Source: Vicinamibacterales bacterium (GTDB taxonomy: Bacteria; Acidobacteriota; Vicinamibacteria; Vicinamibacterales; UBA2999). Taken from it: a stretch of DNA of 64,000 nucleotides. The stretch's first letter is position 1. Each line of letters opens with the position of its first letter. The notes under the pieces are model-generated. The model saw only the letters and a program-made list of their open reading frames with translations, was not told the origin of the DNA and ran no database searches. This document shows positions 31,212 through 40,799 of this stretch, in pieces. The position numbers and the translations under genes are program-made. Location: NCBI GenBank assembly GCA_035711805.1, contig DASTBV010000100.1, forward strand, positions 1,552 to 65,551, read 5' to 3'.

Positions 31212-32242
31212 GCCTTCGGCGTCGCCTGCATGTCGTCGGGTGCGCAGCCGTGATCGCGTTCTGCGCCGTCACCGTTCTCGGCCAGACGACGGCCCCGTCG
31301 AAACCTTACACCGCTCCGCGAACGCCCTGGGGTGACCCCGATCTCCAGGGCATGTGGCCGGGCAACGTCAGCGCGCCGCTGCAGCGTCCGGCCAACTTCG
31401 GCGAGCGCGGCACACTGACCGACGACGAGTTCGCGCAGCGTCAGGCGCAGGCCCGCGCACAGGCGGAGGCGGACTCACAGCAGTTCGTGGCGACCGGGCG
31501 TGGCGGACGCGGGGGCCGTGGGGGCGGCGGCATCGGCCCGCCGGATCACTGGCTCGAACGCGGCTCACCCATCCGCCAGACATCGCTGATCGTCGACCCG
31601 CCCAACGGACGCCTGCCCGCGTTGGCGGCAGGAGCTGAAGAGCGGCGGAAAGCCGCGCGCGGCGGACGTGGGCTGCCGGGCGAATGGCGCGGCACCGCCG
31701 ATTCGTACGACGACCTGAACATCTACTACCGCTGTGTCACGCGCGGACTCCTCGGTTCGGTGATCCCGGTCATTTACGGCAACGGCAACGAGATCGTGCA
31801 GGCGCCCGGCTCCGTGGTGTTTCGCAACGAGATGATCCACGAGAGCCGCGTGATCCCGCTCGACGGCCGGTCGCACGTGCCGGCGTCGATCCGTATGTAC
31901 ATGGGCGATTCGCGGGGACGCTGGGACGGCGACACGCTGGTGGTCGAGACGACGAACTTCACCGACAGAGTGGCCATCGGATCGAACGGCGCGGGCTATC
32001 CCGGCGACCCCGGTTACCACAGCCCGGCGCTGCGCGTCGTCGAGCGCTTCACGCGCACAGGCGCCGACACCCTCGTCTACGAAGCCACCGTTGACGATCC
32101 GCAGACCTGGGTCAGGCCCTGGACCCTGCGCATCCCGTTGGCGCGCGGCCAGGACCCGCACCTGTTCGAGTACGCCTGCCATGAAGGCAACTACGCGATG
32201 CGCAACATCCTGAGCGCCGCGCGCACCGAGGATAAAAAATAG
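31175..32242 (+). CDS. hypothetical secreted protein
   Basis: Long ORF with an N-terminal hydrophobic segment and a GRGGRGGRGGGG tract. No family recognised. An alternative GTG start at 31205 is possible. The ATG lies inside a hairpin. Confidence 0.7.
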   Translation: MTVQGLLGVSVCRLRRRLHVVGCAAVIAFCAVTVLGQTTAPSKPYTAPRTPWGDPDLQGMWPGNVSAPLQRPANFGERGTLTDDEFAQRQAQARAQAEADSQQFVATGRGGRGGRGGGGIGPPDHWLERGSPIRQTSLIVDPPNGRLPALAAGAEERRKAARGGRGLPGEWRGTADSYDDLNIYYRCVTRGLLGSVIPVIYGNGNEIVQAPGSVVFRNEMIHESRVIPLDGRSHVPASIRMYMGDSRGRWDGDTLVVETTNFTDRVAIGSNGAGYPGDPGYHSPALRVVERFTRTGADTLVYEATVDDPQTWVRPWTLRIPLARGQDPHLFEYACHEGNYAMRNILSAARTEDKK

Positions 32243-32538
32243 TGGGATCCCCAGACACAGTTACCCCTCCTTCTTCGTGGCTTTTCATCAAGAACAACGA
32301 GTCCATCTGGGTCGAGCGGCCGCACGGCCGCCTGCTCGTGGTCGCCGGCCCGGGCGCGGCGCACGAGGAACGCGACTTCATCAGCGACGAGGCGCTCGAT
32401 CAGTTCCAGATCGCGCTCGCCGAGAAGCTGGCCGGCGACGGCTGGTTTCTGTGGGGCGTGAACCGCGAACGGCGCGAGGGCGATCGCCGCCAGACGGCTC
32501 GCGGGACGCCGGATCGCCGCGCGTTGCGGCGATCCTGA
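32242..32538 (+). CDS. small hypothetical protein
   Basis: GTG start overlapping the upstream TAG (TAGTG). Globular-looking translation (SIWVERPHGRLLVVAGPG...LDQFQIALAEKLAGDGWFLWG). No family recognised. Confidence 0.4.
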   Translation: MGSPDTVTPPSSWLFIKNNESIWVERPHGRLLVVAGPGAAHEERDFISDEALDQFQIALAEKLAGDGWFLWGVNRERREGDRRQTARGTPDRRALRRS

Positions 32539-32611
32539 AGACCTCAGGATTCAGGCCCGGGCGAGACGACCAGATAGCGCGCGAGGCAAGAGGTCAATGT
32601 AGACTCGCCCG

Positions 32612-34480
32612 ATGCGCGCACGACTGCTGGTCGCTGTTGCCCTGCTGACGGCAGGCCTCTCCTTTTCCAGCGGCGCCCAGGAACCGCGAACCGCTCAGCG
32701 TGACGCCGACTGGCCGACGTACCGCCGCGATCTTGCCGGCACCGGGTATTCGCCGCTCCGCCAGATCACTCCGCAGAACGTCGCGACTCTCACCCCGGCC
32801 TGGACGTTTCGCATCCAGAGCAATGCGCCCGCCGCCGCGGGCCGCGGCGGCGTGGCTGGTGCAAACGTCAATTCGCAGGCGACGCCGATCGTCGTCGATG
32901 GTGTGATGTATTTCCCCGGCCGCGACCGCGTGGAGGCGCTGGAGGCGGACACAGGCAAGGAGATCTGGCACGCGCCAGTCACCGGTGGTGCGCCTTCGAG
33001 GCGCGGCGTCGCGTACTGGCCCGGCGAAGGCAGCACGCCACCACGGATCTTCTTCATGGCTGGCCGGCGCTTGATCGCGCTCGACGCCAGGACTGGCGCG
33101 ACGGCCTCTGCCTTCGGGCAGAACGGAGAGATTGATATTGGAGTCCCGTACAACTCGGTGCCCGGCATCTTCAGGAACGTGGTCGTCGTAGGTGCCAACA
33201 CCCCTCCGGGTGCGAGCGGCGGCATTGGCAATGCCCGCGCGTTCGACGCGCGCACCGGCGTCAAGCTGTGGGAGTTCAGCTCCGTGCCCCAGCCTGGAGC
33301 CGTCGGGCACGACACCTGGGACGGTGACAGCTGGAAGGGCCGACTTGGCGTGAATGCCTGGCCGTTCTACTTCACCTTCGACGAGTCGCGCGGTCTGGTC
33401 TATCTGCCGCTCGCGTCACCGATTCCGGGTGCCTTCGGCGGTGACCGGAAGGGCGCGAACCTGTTCGGAAACTCGGTCGTTGCGGTTGATGTTCAGACGG
33501 GACAGTACAAGTGGCACTTCCAGACGATCCATCACGACCTGTGGGATCACGATCCCCCGGCGCCGCCGGGATTGTTTGACGTCGTGCAGAATGGACGCCG
33601 GATTCCTGCGCTTGGACTCACGACGAAGTCGGGCTACGTCTACATCCTGAACCGCGAGACTGGCCGGCCGCTCTTCGGAGTCGAAGAACGTCCGGTGCCA
33701 AGGAGCGACGTCCCGGGCGAGTTGGCGTTTCCAACACAGCCGATCCCGGTGAAGCCGCCGGCACTCGCACGAGTGTCGTACACCGCCGCGGATCTTGTCA
33801 CTGCCGCCGATACCAACGCCGAACACGCGAAAGCGTGCGCCGACTTGATCGCGCAGATCGGCGGTGTCTACAACGCCGGACCGTTCACGCCATGGCGGTA
33901 CAAGGCGGAGGGCGGCGCACCTGGAGTCACGGTCGGATTCCCTGGCGGACTTGGCGGCGCGAACTGGGGCGGCATCGCCTTCGATCCCAACTCGCGATTT
34001 ATCTTCGTCGCGACACAGGACGTCGGGGCGTTGGGATCGATGGAAAAGACGAGAGAGGGATCGCCGGTTCCGTATAACAAGACAACTCCGGGACGAGGCA
34101 CGTTCGACGTCAGGATGGGCGACACAGACTGGCCGTGCCAGAAACCACCGTGGGGTCGTCTGACGGCAATCAACACGTCGACGGGAGACATCGCATGGCA
34201 GATTCCGCTGGGAATCACCGAGCAGCTTCCAACCGACAGGCAGAACACCGGCCGGCCTGCTCTGGCCGGTCCTATCGCGACGGCAAGCGGACTCGTCTTC
34301 ATCGCCTCGACGGACGACAACCGCTTCCGCGCCCTGGACGTGAAAAACGGGAGACAGCTGTGGGTCACGAGGCTGGAGCGGCGCGGCAACGCCGACCCCA
34401 TCACCTATCTGGGTCGGAATGGCAAGCAGCACGTTGCCGTGGTGGCCACCGACACGCTGATGGTCTATTCGCTGCCCTGA
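32612..34480 (+). CDS. PQQ-dependent dehydrogenase (8-bladed beta-propeller quinoprotein)
   Basis: Signal peptide. N-terminal signature DWPTYRRDLAGTGYSPLRQITPQNV..L..AW and repeated W-containing propeller blades. Confidence 0.9.
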   Translation: MRARLLVAVALLTAGLSFSSGAQEPRTAQRDADWPTYRRDLAGTGYSPLRQITPQNVATLTPAWTFRIQSNAPAAAGRGGVAGANVNSQATPIVVDGVMYFPGRDRVEALEADTGKEIWHAPVTGGAPSRRGVAYWPGEGSTPPRIFFMAGRRLIALDARTGATASAFGQNGEIDIGVPYNSVPGIFRNVVVVGANTPPGASGGIGNARAFDARTGVKLWEFSSVPQPGAVGHDTWDGDSWKGRLGVNAWPFYFTFDESRGLVYLPLASPIPGAFGGDRKGANLFGNSVVAVDVQTGQYKWHFQTIHHDLWDHDPPAPPGLFDVVQNGRRIPALGLTTKSGYVYILNRETGRPLFGVEERPVPRSDVPGELAFPTQPIPVKPPALARVSYTAADLVTAADTNAEHAKACADLIAQIGGVYNAGPFTPWRYKAEGGAPGVTVGFPGGLGGANWGGIAFDPNSRFIFVATQDVGALGSMEKTREGSPVPYNKTTPGRGTFDVRMGDTDWPCQKPPWGRLTAINTSTGDIAWQIPLGITEQLPTDRQNTGRPALAGPIATASGLVFIASTDDNRFRALDVKNGRQLWVTRLERRGNADPITYLGRNGKQHVAVVATDTLMVYSLP

Positions 34481-34510
34481 CTTTAGCGTCACCGCCCGGA
34501 CGCTGCGGCT

Positions 34511-34969
34511 TTACTTCTTCTCGGCCGGGATCGACGTAGCGGGGCCCATGCCCCACACCTGGATCACGGCCGGCTCCTTCTTGGCGCCGTCGTAGTGCAC
34601 CTGCTTGGCTTTGTGGATCACGTAGCTCCCGGCGGGCGCCGGAACCGTGCTGTCCGGGTCGAACTTCTCGCCCGTACCCAGCCACCAGGTTCCGGAAATC
34701 ACGACGAAGAACCGGTCGTTCTGGTGATAGTGCGGCCGGCTCATGTTGCCCGGCAGCCATCGCAGTCGGATCACGTACGGCCCCGGCTTCTCGGGATCGC
34801 CGAAGAGGACCGCGGTCTCGTTGGTCCCGGCCGCGTTCCTGACCCACTTGATGTTCTCGGGGGTGATGAACTCCACGGCCTTGCTGTCGATTTGTGCCGC
34901 GGAACCCGTGATGGCGGCGAGCATCATGCTGCAGAGAGTAAGGGCGGCCGCGCGCGTCACTCTGGTCAT
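34511..34969 (-). CDS. cupin-domain protein, secreted
   Basis: Signal peptide. Cupin motif PHYHQNDRFFVVISGTW. Confidence 0.75.
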   Translation of the reverse strand: MTRVTRAAALTLCSMMLAAITGSAAQIDSKAVEFITPENIKWVRNAAGTNETAVLFGDPEKPGPYVIRLRWLPGNMSRPHYHQNDRFFVVISGTWWLGTGEKFDPDSTVPAPAGSYVIHKAKQVHYDGAKKEPAVIQVWGMGPATSIPAEKK

Positions 34970-34995
34970 GGTTCCTCCTCAGCCTACCAACGGAG

Positions 34996-35019
34996 GTCCG
35001 CCTGAAGGCGGACACTACG
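34996..35019 (+). repeat. REP-like hairpin element, canonical copy
   Basis: GTCCGCC-TGAA-GGCGGAC-ACTACG. It lies between the RND permease stop and the cupin gene start. Confidence 0.9.
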
Positions 35020-35020
35020 T

Positions 35021-38000
35021 TCAGGTGGTGGCCGGAAGCGGCACGGACCGCCGTTTCGCAGCCCGGCGGCGCGCGAAACGCTCGCGTATCGCTTCAATGT
35101 ACACGTAGTACACCGGCGTGATGTAGAGCGTCAGCAGCTGCGAGACGAGCAGGCCGCCGACGACCGCCAGGCCGAGCGGACGGCGCGACTCCGCGCCCGC
35201 GCCGAGCGCCAGCGCGATCGGCAGAGTTCCGACCAGCGCCGCCATCGTCGTCATCATGATCGGACGGAAGCGGACGAGGCAGGCTTCGTGGATCGCCTCG
35301 ACCGCCGTCTTCCCCTGGCGCTGCGCGTCGACGGCGAAGTCCACCATCATGATCCCGTTCTTCTTCACCAGACCCACCAGCATGATCACGCCGACGAACG
35401 CGTAGAGGTTCAGGTCGACGTCGAAGATGAGCAGCGTCAGCAGGGCGCCGAGACCGGCGGCCGGGAGGCCCGAGAGGATCGTCAGCGGGTGCGTGAAGCT
35501 CTCATACAGCACGCCCAGCACGATGTAGATGACGACGATGGCCATCAGCAGCACGAGGCCAAGCCCGCGCAGCGAGTCCTGGAATGCCTGCGCCGCTCCC
35601 TGGAACGTCAGCGTGACCGTGGCAGGAATCGTCTGCGCCGCGGCCGCCTGAATCTGCGTGACCGCGTCGCCCAGCGCGACCCCGGGAGCCAGGTTGAACG
35701 AGATGTTCACCGACGGCAGCTGGCCGAAGTGGTTGACCTGGAACGGTCCAACGGTCGTCTCCATGCGCGCGACGGATTCGAGCGGAATCAGCCGCCCGCT
35801 GTTCGACCGCACGTACAGGAGCGACATCGCCGACGGGTCGCTCTGGAACTGGGGCGCCACGCGCAGCACGACCGGATACTGATTACTCGGCGCGAAGATC
35901 TGCGTGACCTGCCGCTGCGCGTAGGCGTTGCGGAGCGCATCCTCGACCTGGTTCGCCGTGAGCCCGAGCGCCGACACCTTGTCGCGGTCCATTTCGACCG
36001 ACACCTGCGGCGTGTTGAGGCGCAGATCGCTGTTGACGTCCAGCAGGCCCGGAATGCTGCGGATGCGCTCCTCGAGCACCGGTGCCCACCGGTACAGCTC
36101 CGCGGTGTCGGCGTCCTGCAGCGTGAACTGATAAATCGGACGACCGCCTCCGCCGCCCAGGTTGATTGGCGGCGGGTTCGTGGGGAACGCTCGGATGCCG
36201 GGAACCTGCGCCAGCTTCGGCCGCAGCGAGGCGATCACTTCGTCCACCGAGCGGGCTCGCTGTTCACGCGGGTCCATCTCGACGAACAGCCGGCCGGTAT
36301 TCACGCCGCCGGCGGCGTTGTTGCCGACGAGCCCGACGTTGTGCGACACGGAGAACACGTCCGGCTCGGCCATCACGATGTCGGCGATCTGCAGCTGGTG
36401 CCGGACCATGTCGTCGAAGCTGATGCCTTCCGCCGCCTCGGTGTTGACCACGAACCGGCCCTGATCTTCGTTCGGCAGGAATCCCTTCGGCACGATGGTG
36501 AAGAGATAGACCGTCACGCCGAGCAGAACGATCGACAGCGCCATGGTGGCCGCGCGGAAGCGCAGGCAGACGCCCAGCGTCGTGCCATACGCGCCGCGCC
36601 AGGCGTCGAACACGCGTTCGAAGGCGTTGTAGAGCGAGCCGTGACGCGTGCTGTGCGGTGGCCGCAGGAAGCGGCTCGCCAGCATCGGTGTCAGGCTGAT
36701 CGACACGAAGCCTGAAATCAGGATCGCGGCGCCGATCGTGATCGCGAACTCGTGCAGCAGCCGTCCGACGACGCCGCTCATGAAGAAGACCGGGATGAAC
36801 ACCGCCACGAGCGATACGGTCATGGACACGATGGTGAAGCCGATCTCCTTCGACCCGTCGAGCGCGGCCTGCATCGGCGGCTTCCCCATCTCCATGTGCC
36901 GCACGATGTTCTCCAGCATCACGATCGCATCGTCGACGACGAAGCCGACCGAGAGCGTCAGCGCCATCAGCGAGAGGTTGTCGAGGCTGAAGCCGAGCAC
37001 GTACATGATCGCGAACGTGCCAACGATCGAACCGGGCAGCGCCAGGCTCGGAATCACCGTCGCCGACAGGTTGCGCAGGAAGAGGAAGATCACGAGCACG
37101 ACCAGCACGACGGTCGCCACGAGCGTGAGCTTCACGTCGTGCACCGACTCGCGAATCGTCGCCGAGCGGTCGCTGCGCACGTCGAGCTTCACGGACGCCG
37201 GCAGCTGCGCCAGGATGCCGGGCAGCAGCTCCTTGATGGCGTCGACGATCTGCACCACGTTGGTTCCGGGCTGCTTCTGGACCGCGAGGTAAATGCAGCG
37301 ATCGTGGTTCTGCCAGCTCGCCGTGCGATCGTTCTCGACGCCGTCGTAGACGCGCGCCACTTCGTCCAGCCGGACCGGATAGCCGTTGCGGTAGGCGATG
37401 ATCGACGGACCGTACGCCGATGCGCGCATCAGCTGGCCGTTGGTCGTGACGACAAACGTCCGGTCGCCGAAGATCGTGCCCGTCGGCATGTTGACGTTGG
37501 CGTTCTCAACGGCGTTGGCGAGCTCGTCGATGCCCAGGCCGCGCGCCGCAAGCTGCCGCGGATCGACGTCGATGCGGACCGCGTACTTCTGCGAGCCGAA
37601 AATGTTCACCTGCGCCACGCCGCTCACCGTCGAGATGCGCTGCGCCACGTTCGTCTGCGCGAGCTCGTCCAGGGCCGAGAGGCTCAGCGTGCTCGAACGC
37701 ATGACGATGAAGAAGATCGACTGATCGGCCGGATTGACCTTCTGGTACGACGGCGGCGCCGGCATCTCCCCCGGCAGCTGACGCGAGGCGCGGCCGATCA
37801 TCGACTGCACGTCCTGCGCGGCGGCGTCGATGTTGCGATCGAGGTCGAACTGCAGCGTGATCTCGGTGCCGCCCTGCGTGCTCGTCGAGTTCATGCTGGT
37901 CAGGCCGGCAATCGCCGAGAACTGCTTCTCGAGCGGCAGCGCCACCGACGAGGCCATCGTTTCCGGGCTGGCGCCGGGCAGTCCGGCCTGGACGCGGATC

Positions 38001-38131
38001 GTCGGGAAATCAACGCTTGGCAGGTCGGCGACCGGCAGCTGCTGGTAGGCGAGGCCGCCGAAGACGAGGAGCCCCGCAATCAGCAGCGTGGTCGCAACGG
38101 GGCGGCGAATGAAGATGGACGACAGGTTCAC
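35021..38131 (-). CDS. RND efflux transporter permease (AcrB/HAE1-like)
   Basis: 1036 aa. N-terminus NLSSIFIRRPVATTLL. Duplicated 6-TM plus periplasmic loop architecture. Its GTG start overlaps the adaptor stop (GTGA). Confidence 0.95.
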   Translation of the reverse strand: MNLSSIFIRRPVATTLLIAGLLVFGGLAYQQLPVADLPSVDFPTIRVQAGLPGASPETMASSVALPLEKQFSAIAGLTSMNSTSTQGGTEITLQFDLDRNIDAAAQDVQSMIGRASRQLPGEMPAPPSYQKVNPADQSIFFIVMRSSTLSLSALDELAQTNVAQRISTVSGVAQVNIFGSQKYAVRIDVDPRQLAARGLGIDELANAVENANVNMPTGTIFGDRTFVVTTNGQLMRASAYGPSIIAYRNGYPVRLDEVARVYDGVENDRTASWQNHDRCIYLAVQKQPGTNVVQIVDAIKELLPGILAQLPASVKLDVRSDRSATIRESVHDVKLTLVATVVLVVLVIFLFLRNLSATVIPSLALPGSIVGTFAIMYVLGFSLDNLSLMALTLSVGFVVDDAIVMLENIVRHMEMGKPPMQAALDGSKEIGFTIVSMTVSLVAVFIPVFFMSGVVGRLLHEFAITIGAAILISGFVSISLTPMLASRFLRPPHSTRHGSLYNAFERVFDAWRGAYGTTLGVCLRFRAATMALSIVLLGVTVYLFTIVPKGFLPNEDQGRFVVNTEAAEGISFDDMVRHQLQIADIVMAEPDVFSVSHNVGLVGNNAAGGVNTGRLFVEMDPREQRARSVDEVIASLRPKLAQVPGIRAFPTNPPPINLGGGGGRPIYQFTLQDADTAELYRWAPVLEERIRSIPGLLDVNSDLRLNTPQVSVEMDRDKVSALGLTANQVEDALRNAYAQRQVTQIFAPSNQYPVVLRVAPQFQSDPSAMSLLYVRSNSGRLIPLESVARMETTVGPFQVNHFGQLPSVNISFNLAPGVALGDAVTQIQAAAAQTIPATVTLTFQGAAQAFQDSLRGLGLVLLMAIVVIYIVLGVLYESFTHPLTILSGLPAAGLGALLTLLIFDVDLNLYAFVGVIMLVGLVKKNGIMMVDFAVDAQRQGKTAVEAIHEACLVRFRPIMMTTMAALVGTLPIALALGAGAESRRPLGLAVVGGLLVSQLLTLYITPVYYVYIEAIRERFARRRAAKRRSVPLPATT

Positions 38132-39300
38132 GGCTTGCCCTCCGGCCTGCCCTGAGCCGGGCCGAGGGCCTTGCCCCGAGCGGAGTCGAGGGGCTGCTTC
38201 ACGCTGATGCGGCCACCTGGCACCAGACGGAGGTGACCGTCGGTGACGACCGTTTCACCTGGCCGTACGCCGCTGGCAATCACACTTTCGGCGCCGCGGA
38301 TACGGGCGACGGTGATCGGACGCATCTCCACCGACTGATCGGGCTTCACCGCAAAGACGTAGGTTCCCTCCTGCCCCGCCTGCACGGCGGCCGACGGGAC
38401 CACGATCGCGGTCGGGTCGGTGGACAGCGTGACGACCACGGTGACGAACTGCCCCGGCCACAGCCGGCCGTCGGTGTTCGGGAACGTTCCCTTGATGCGA
38501 ATGGTGCCGGTGTTCTGATCGACCGCGTTGTCGATGAAGGCGATTCGCCCGTTTGCCGGAGTCCCGGTGCCCTGCGGAGTCGCCGCCACCGTGAGGGAGC
38601 CGCGCGACATGTAGTGCCGCAGGTCCGCGAGACGCGCTTCAGGAATGGTGAACGCGACCGAAATCGGTGCGACCTCGTTGATGACGACCAGCGGCGTCTG
38701 ATCGTTGGCGCGAACGAGGTTGCCCTGGTGAACCATCAGCGCTCCGGTGCGGCCGGAAATCGGCGCCGTGATCGTCGCGTATTGCAGCTGGATCTTGGCG
38801 TTCTCCAGCGCCGCGCGGTCCGCCTCGACCGTCGCGTTCAGCGCCGCCACCGACGTCCGCGCCGTGTCGCCCTGCTCGCGGGGGGCGATGCCCCGATCCA
38901 CGAGCTGCTGGAACCGCGTGGCCTGCACTTCCGCGTTGGCCGCCTGCGCCATGTCGCGCGTGAGGTTCGCCTGCGCCTGGCCGAGCGCGGCCTCGAGCGG
39001 ACGGCGATCCAGCTCGAACAGCACCTGGCCGCGCTGGACGATGTCGCCTTCGCGGAAGTTGACGGATATCAGCTGCCCGGTAATCTGCGAGCGGATGGCC
39101 ACCGACGAGTACGGCTCGACCGAGCCGATCACCTGAATCTCAATCGGCATCGGCTTCTGGACGACGGTCGCCGTGGTCACCGGGACGGCCGGCAGACCGC
39201 CGCCCCGGCCGTCGGCGGTGTCCCCGGCGGTGCCGTCTGCCGTGCAGGAGGCGCTGGCGCCCAGTAAGAGTGCGACGAGGATGATCCGGACGAGTTTCAT
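38128..39300 (-). CDS. RND efflux periplasmic adaptor (MFP) lipoprotein
   Basis: ATG at 39300 (MKLVRIILVALLLGASASC) inside track ORF 38128..39429. Biotinyl-lipoyl, coiled-coil and beta-barrel pattern. The upstream part of the track ORF is REP-derived (VRLKADTTT, GGHYD). Confidence 0.9.
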   Translation of the reverse strand: MKLVRIILVALLLGASASCTADGTAGDTADGRGGGLPAVPVTTATVVQKPMPIEIQVIGSVEPYSSVAIRSQITGQLISVNFREGDIVQRGQVLFELDRRPLEAALGQAQANLTRDMAQAANAEVQATRFQQLVDRGIAPREQGDTARTSVAALNATVEADRAALENAKIQLQYATITAPISGRTGALMVHQGNLVRANDQTPLVVINEVAPISVAFTIPEARLADLRHYMSRGSLTVAATPQGTGTPANGRIAFIDNAVDQNTGTIRIKGTFPNTDGRLWPGQFVTVVVTLSTDPTAIVVPSAAVQAGQEGTYVFAVKPDQSVEMRPITVARIRGAESVIASGVRPGETVVTDGHLRLVPGGRISVKQPLDSARGKALGPAQGRPEGKP

Positions 39301-39362
39301 GAGGGGTCCCAGGTTCGTATTAAGCCTGCTGATCTTAATCGACCGCCGACGTCTCCCGGGAT

Positions 39363-39386
39363 CGTAGTGTCCGCCTCTAGGCCGAC
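39363..39386 (-). repeat. REP-like element, degenerate copy
   Basis: The reverse strand reads GTCGGCC-TAGA-GGCGGAC-ACTACG, with one stem mismatch. It is in tandem with the next copy. Confidence 0.7.
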
Positions 39387-39390
39387 CCGC

Positions 39391-39417
39391 CGTCGTAGTG
39401 TCCGCCTTCAGGCGGAC
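39391..39417 (-). repeat. REP-like hairpin element, canonical copy
   Basis: The reverse strand reads GTCCGCC-TGAA-GGCGGAC-ACTACGACG. It lies upstream of the efflux adaptor gene. Confidence 0.9.
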
Positions 39418-39550
39418 CTGAAGGCCCAAGGGATCGGGCTCAGGGGCTGGTCAAGGAATCTGGGTTCCAGGAATCAGCCGATGGTGGCCAGGTCGTGGAG
39501 CCGTGCGAACCTTGGACGACACCGATGGTGTTGAATCGGGTGCGCATGAA

Positions 39551-39841
39551 TCAGGTCCAACCGCCGGGCGGCACGTAGCGGAAGCGAATCAGGAAGACTT
39601 TCCGGCCTTGCCCGTGCTGTGCCATCTCGAGGAGTTCCTTGACCGTGTCGAAGCCGGACTCGCGGGCCAGATCCCGCGTGATATCCGCCCGCCTGATCGG
39701 TTCAATCGACTCGACGAGGATGTGGCCCTCGTCCATCGGGTAGCGGCCGCCGACCTTGACGTGCGCTTTCGTCCAGATGCGAATGCTGCAGCGGATGCGC
39801 CCGCGCCGGACGCCTTCGCGGAGGCGCTTGGTGAAAACCAC
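39551..39841 (-). CDS. ASCH (PUA-like) domain protein
   Basis: GTG start, 96 aa. The pattern FTKRLREGVRRGRIRCSIRIW...VKVGGRY...ITRDLARESGF resembles ASCH-domain proteins. A competing + strand ORF 39503..39925 looks non-protein-like. Confidence 0.5.
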   Translation of the reverse strand: MVFTKRLREGVRRGRIRCSIRIWTKAHVKVGGRYPMDEGHILVESIEPIRRADITRDLARESGFDTVKELLEMAQHGQGRKVFLIRFRYVPPGGWT

Positions 39842-39943
39842 ACGTCGAGCATAGATCGTCCGGAACTACGTCGATCGCGAACCGATCGACCTGGATTGGT
39901 CACTCGTTCCCGGGTCACGCGTTGAACGGTGGTTGACCCCCGT

Positions 39944-40330
39944 TTACCAGAGCGTGCGGACGGGGTACTGAGTAATCAGCGGGTCCGGCGTCACGATCGC
40001 CAGGCCGTGCGCGACGGCCTGCGCAATCAGCATGCGATCGAACGGATCGCGGTGCAGCGGCGGCAGACGCGTGCCGTAGAGTGCCGACTCTTCGTCGAAG
40101 GGCAGCGCGTCGACACCACGCAGCTCTCGCTCGGTTGGAACGAGCGTCTGCGGCGGTTCGGGAAGAGGCAATTTGCCGGCGCGGTGCTTCGTGACGACTT
40201 CCCACACCGACACCGCGCTCAGAAACACTTCGTTGCCGGGATCCGCGATCGCCCGCCCGGCGGCGGCCGACAGGGCCGCGCCACCGCCCGCCAGCCACAG
40301 GAAGGTGCAGGTATCGAGGAGGAGCTTCAT
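39944..40330 (-). CDS. vapC: PIN-domain toxin, VapC family
   Basis: LLLDTCTFLW with the first acidic residue near the N-terminus, then DPFDRMLIAQA and IVTPD. It starts 6 nt downstream of the antitoxin gene. Confidence 0.85.
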   Translation of the reverse strand: MKLLLDTCTFLWLAGGGAALSAAAGRAIADPGNEVFLSAVSVWEVVTKHRAGKLPLPEPPQTLVPTERELRGVDALPFDEESALYGTRLPPLHRDPFDRMLIAQAVAHGLAIVTPDPLITQYPVRTLW

Positions 40331-40336
40331 TCGGCG

Positions 40337-40699
40337 TTATGAGCGGCCGCGGCCCTTCTTACGGGTGCGCGCGCGAGCCTTCACGTCCGCTCCCCGTTCG
40401 GCCGCCCGGGTCGGCTGTGCTGCCGATGAGCGGCTAGGCGTTGCAGACGGGGGCATGGCTCCCTCCCACGATTCGAGCTCCTCGTCGGACATCGGATCGA
40501 AGAACGACGGCGTCACGTCGAAGACCGGCCGCCCGGGGAGAGGTCCCACCGGGCGCGGCTCAGTCCGAACCGCCGCCACGTGACGCAGTTCCGCGACCGG
40601 CGTGTTGTGCCGGCAGACGACGATGCGCTCTCCCCTTGCGGCGCGGTCGAGATATTCGGAAAGCCGGGCTTTGGCTTCGAATATGTTGACCTTTATCAT
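40337..40699 (-). CDS. Phd/YefM-type antitoxin with basic C-terminal tail
   Basis: N-terminus MIKVNIFEAKARLSEYLDRAARGERIVVCRHNTPVAEL, typical of the Phd/YefM fold. The C-terminus is Arg/Lys-rich. Confidence 0.8.
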   Translation of the reverse strand: MIKVNIFEAKARLSEYLDRAARGERIVVCRHNTPVAELRHVAAVRTEPRPVGPLPGRPVFDVTPSFFDPMSDEELESWEGAMPPSATPSRSSAAQPTRAAERGADVKARARTRKKGRGRS

Positions 40700-40704
40700 G
40701 ACTA

Positions 40705-40733
40705 TATTCTGAACTAAAGTTGGACCGGGTCAA
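40705..40733 (-). promoter_or_regulatory. candidate promoter of the antitoxin-toxin operon (TTGACC - 17 nt - AGAATA), possibly giving a leaderless mRNA
   Basis: Read on the reverse strand. The -10 element ends 5 nt before the antitoxin ATG. No SD is present. Confidence 0.3.
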
Positions 40734-40799
40734 CCGCCTTTACCGCGGCGCCGGGCGCCTCTGGCGCGTCGGGAGGCCGGGTCGCCGCGTCGGGATCGG

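Noticed and set aside
35288-38155. Two long + strand ORFs (475 and 467 aa)
   Set aside because: They are antisense to the clearly recognisable RND permease. Their composition is His/Arg/Asp-rich and non-protein-like.
39447-39479. Possible fourth, shortened copy of the shared upstream motif (CTGGTCAAGG...GGAATCAGCC)
   Set aside because: Only the two ends resemble the motif. The conserved GGTTTCTTGACAAAAC core is absent, and no downstream gene lies in the right orientation. This is probably chance similarity.
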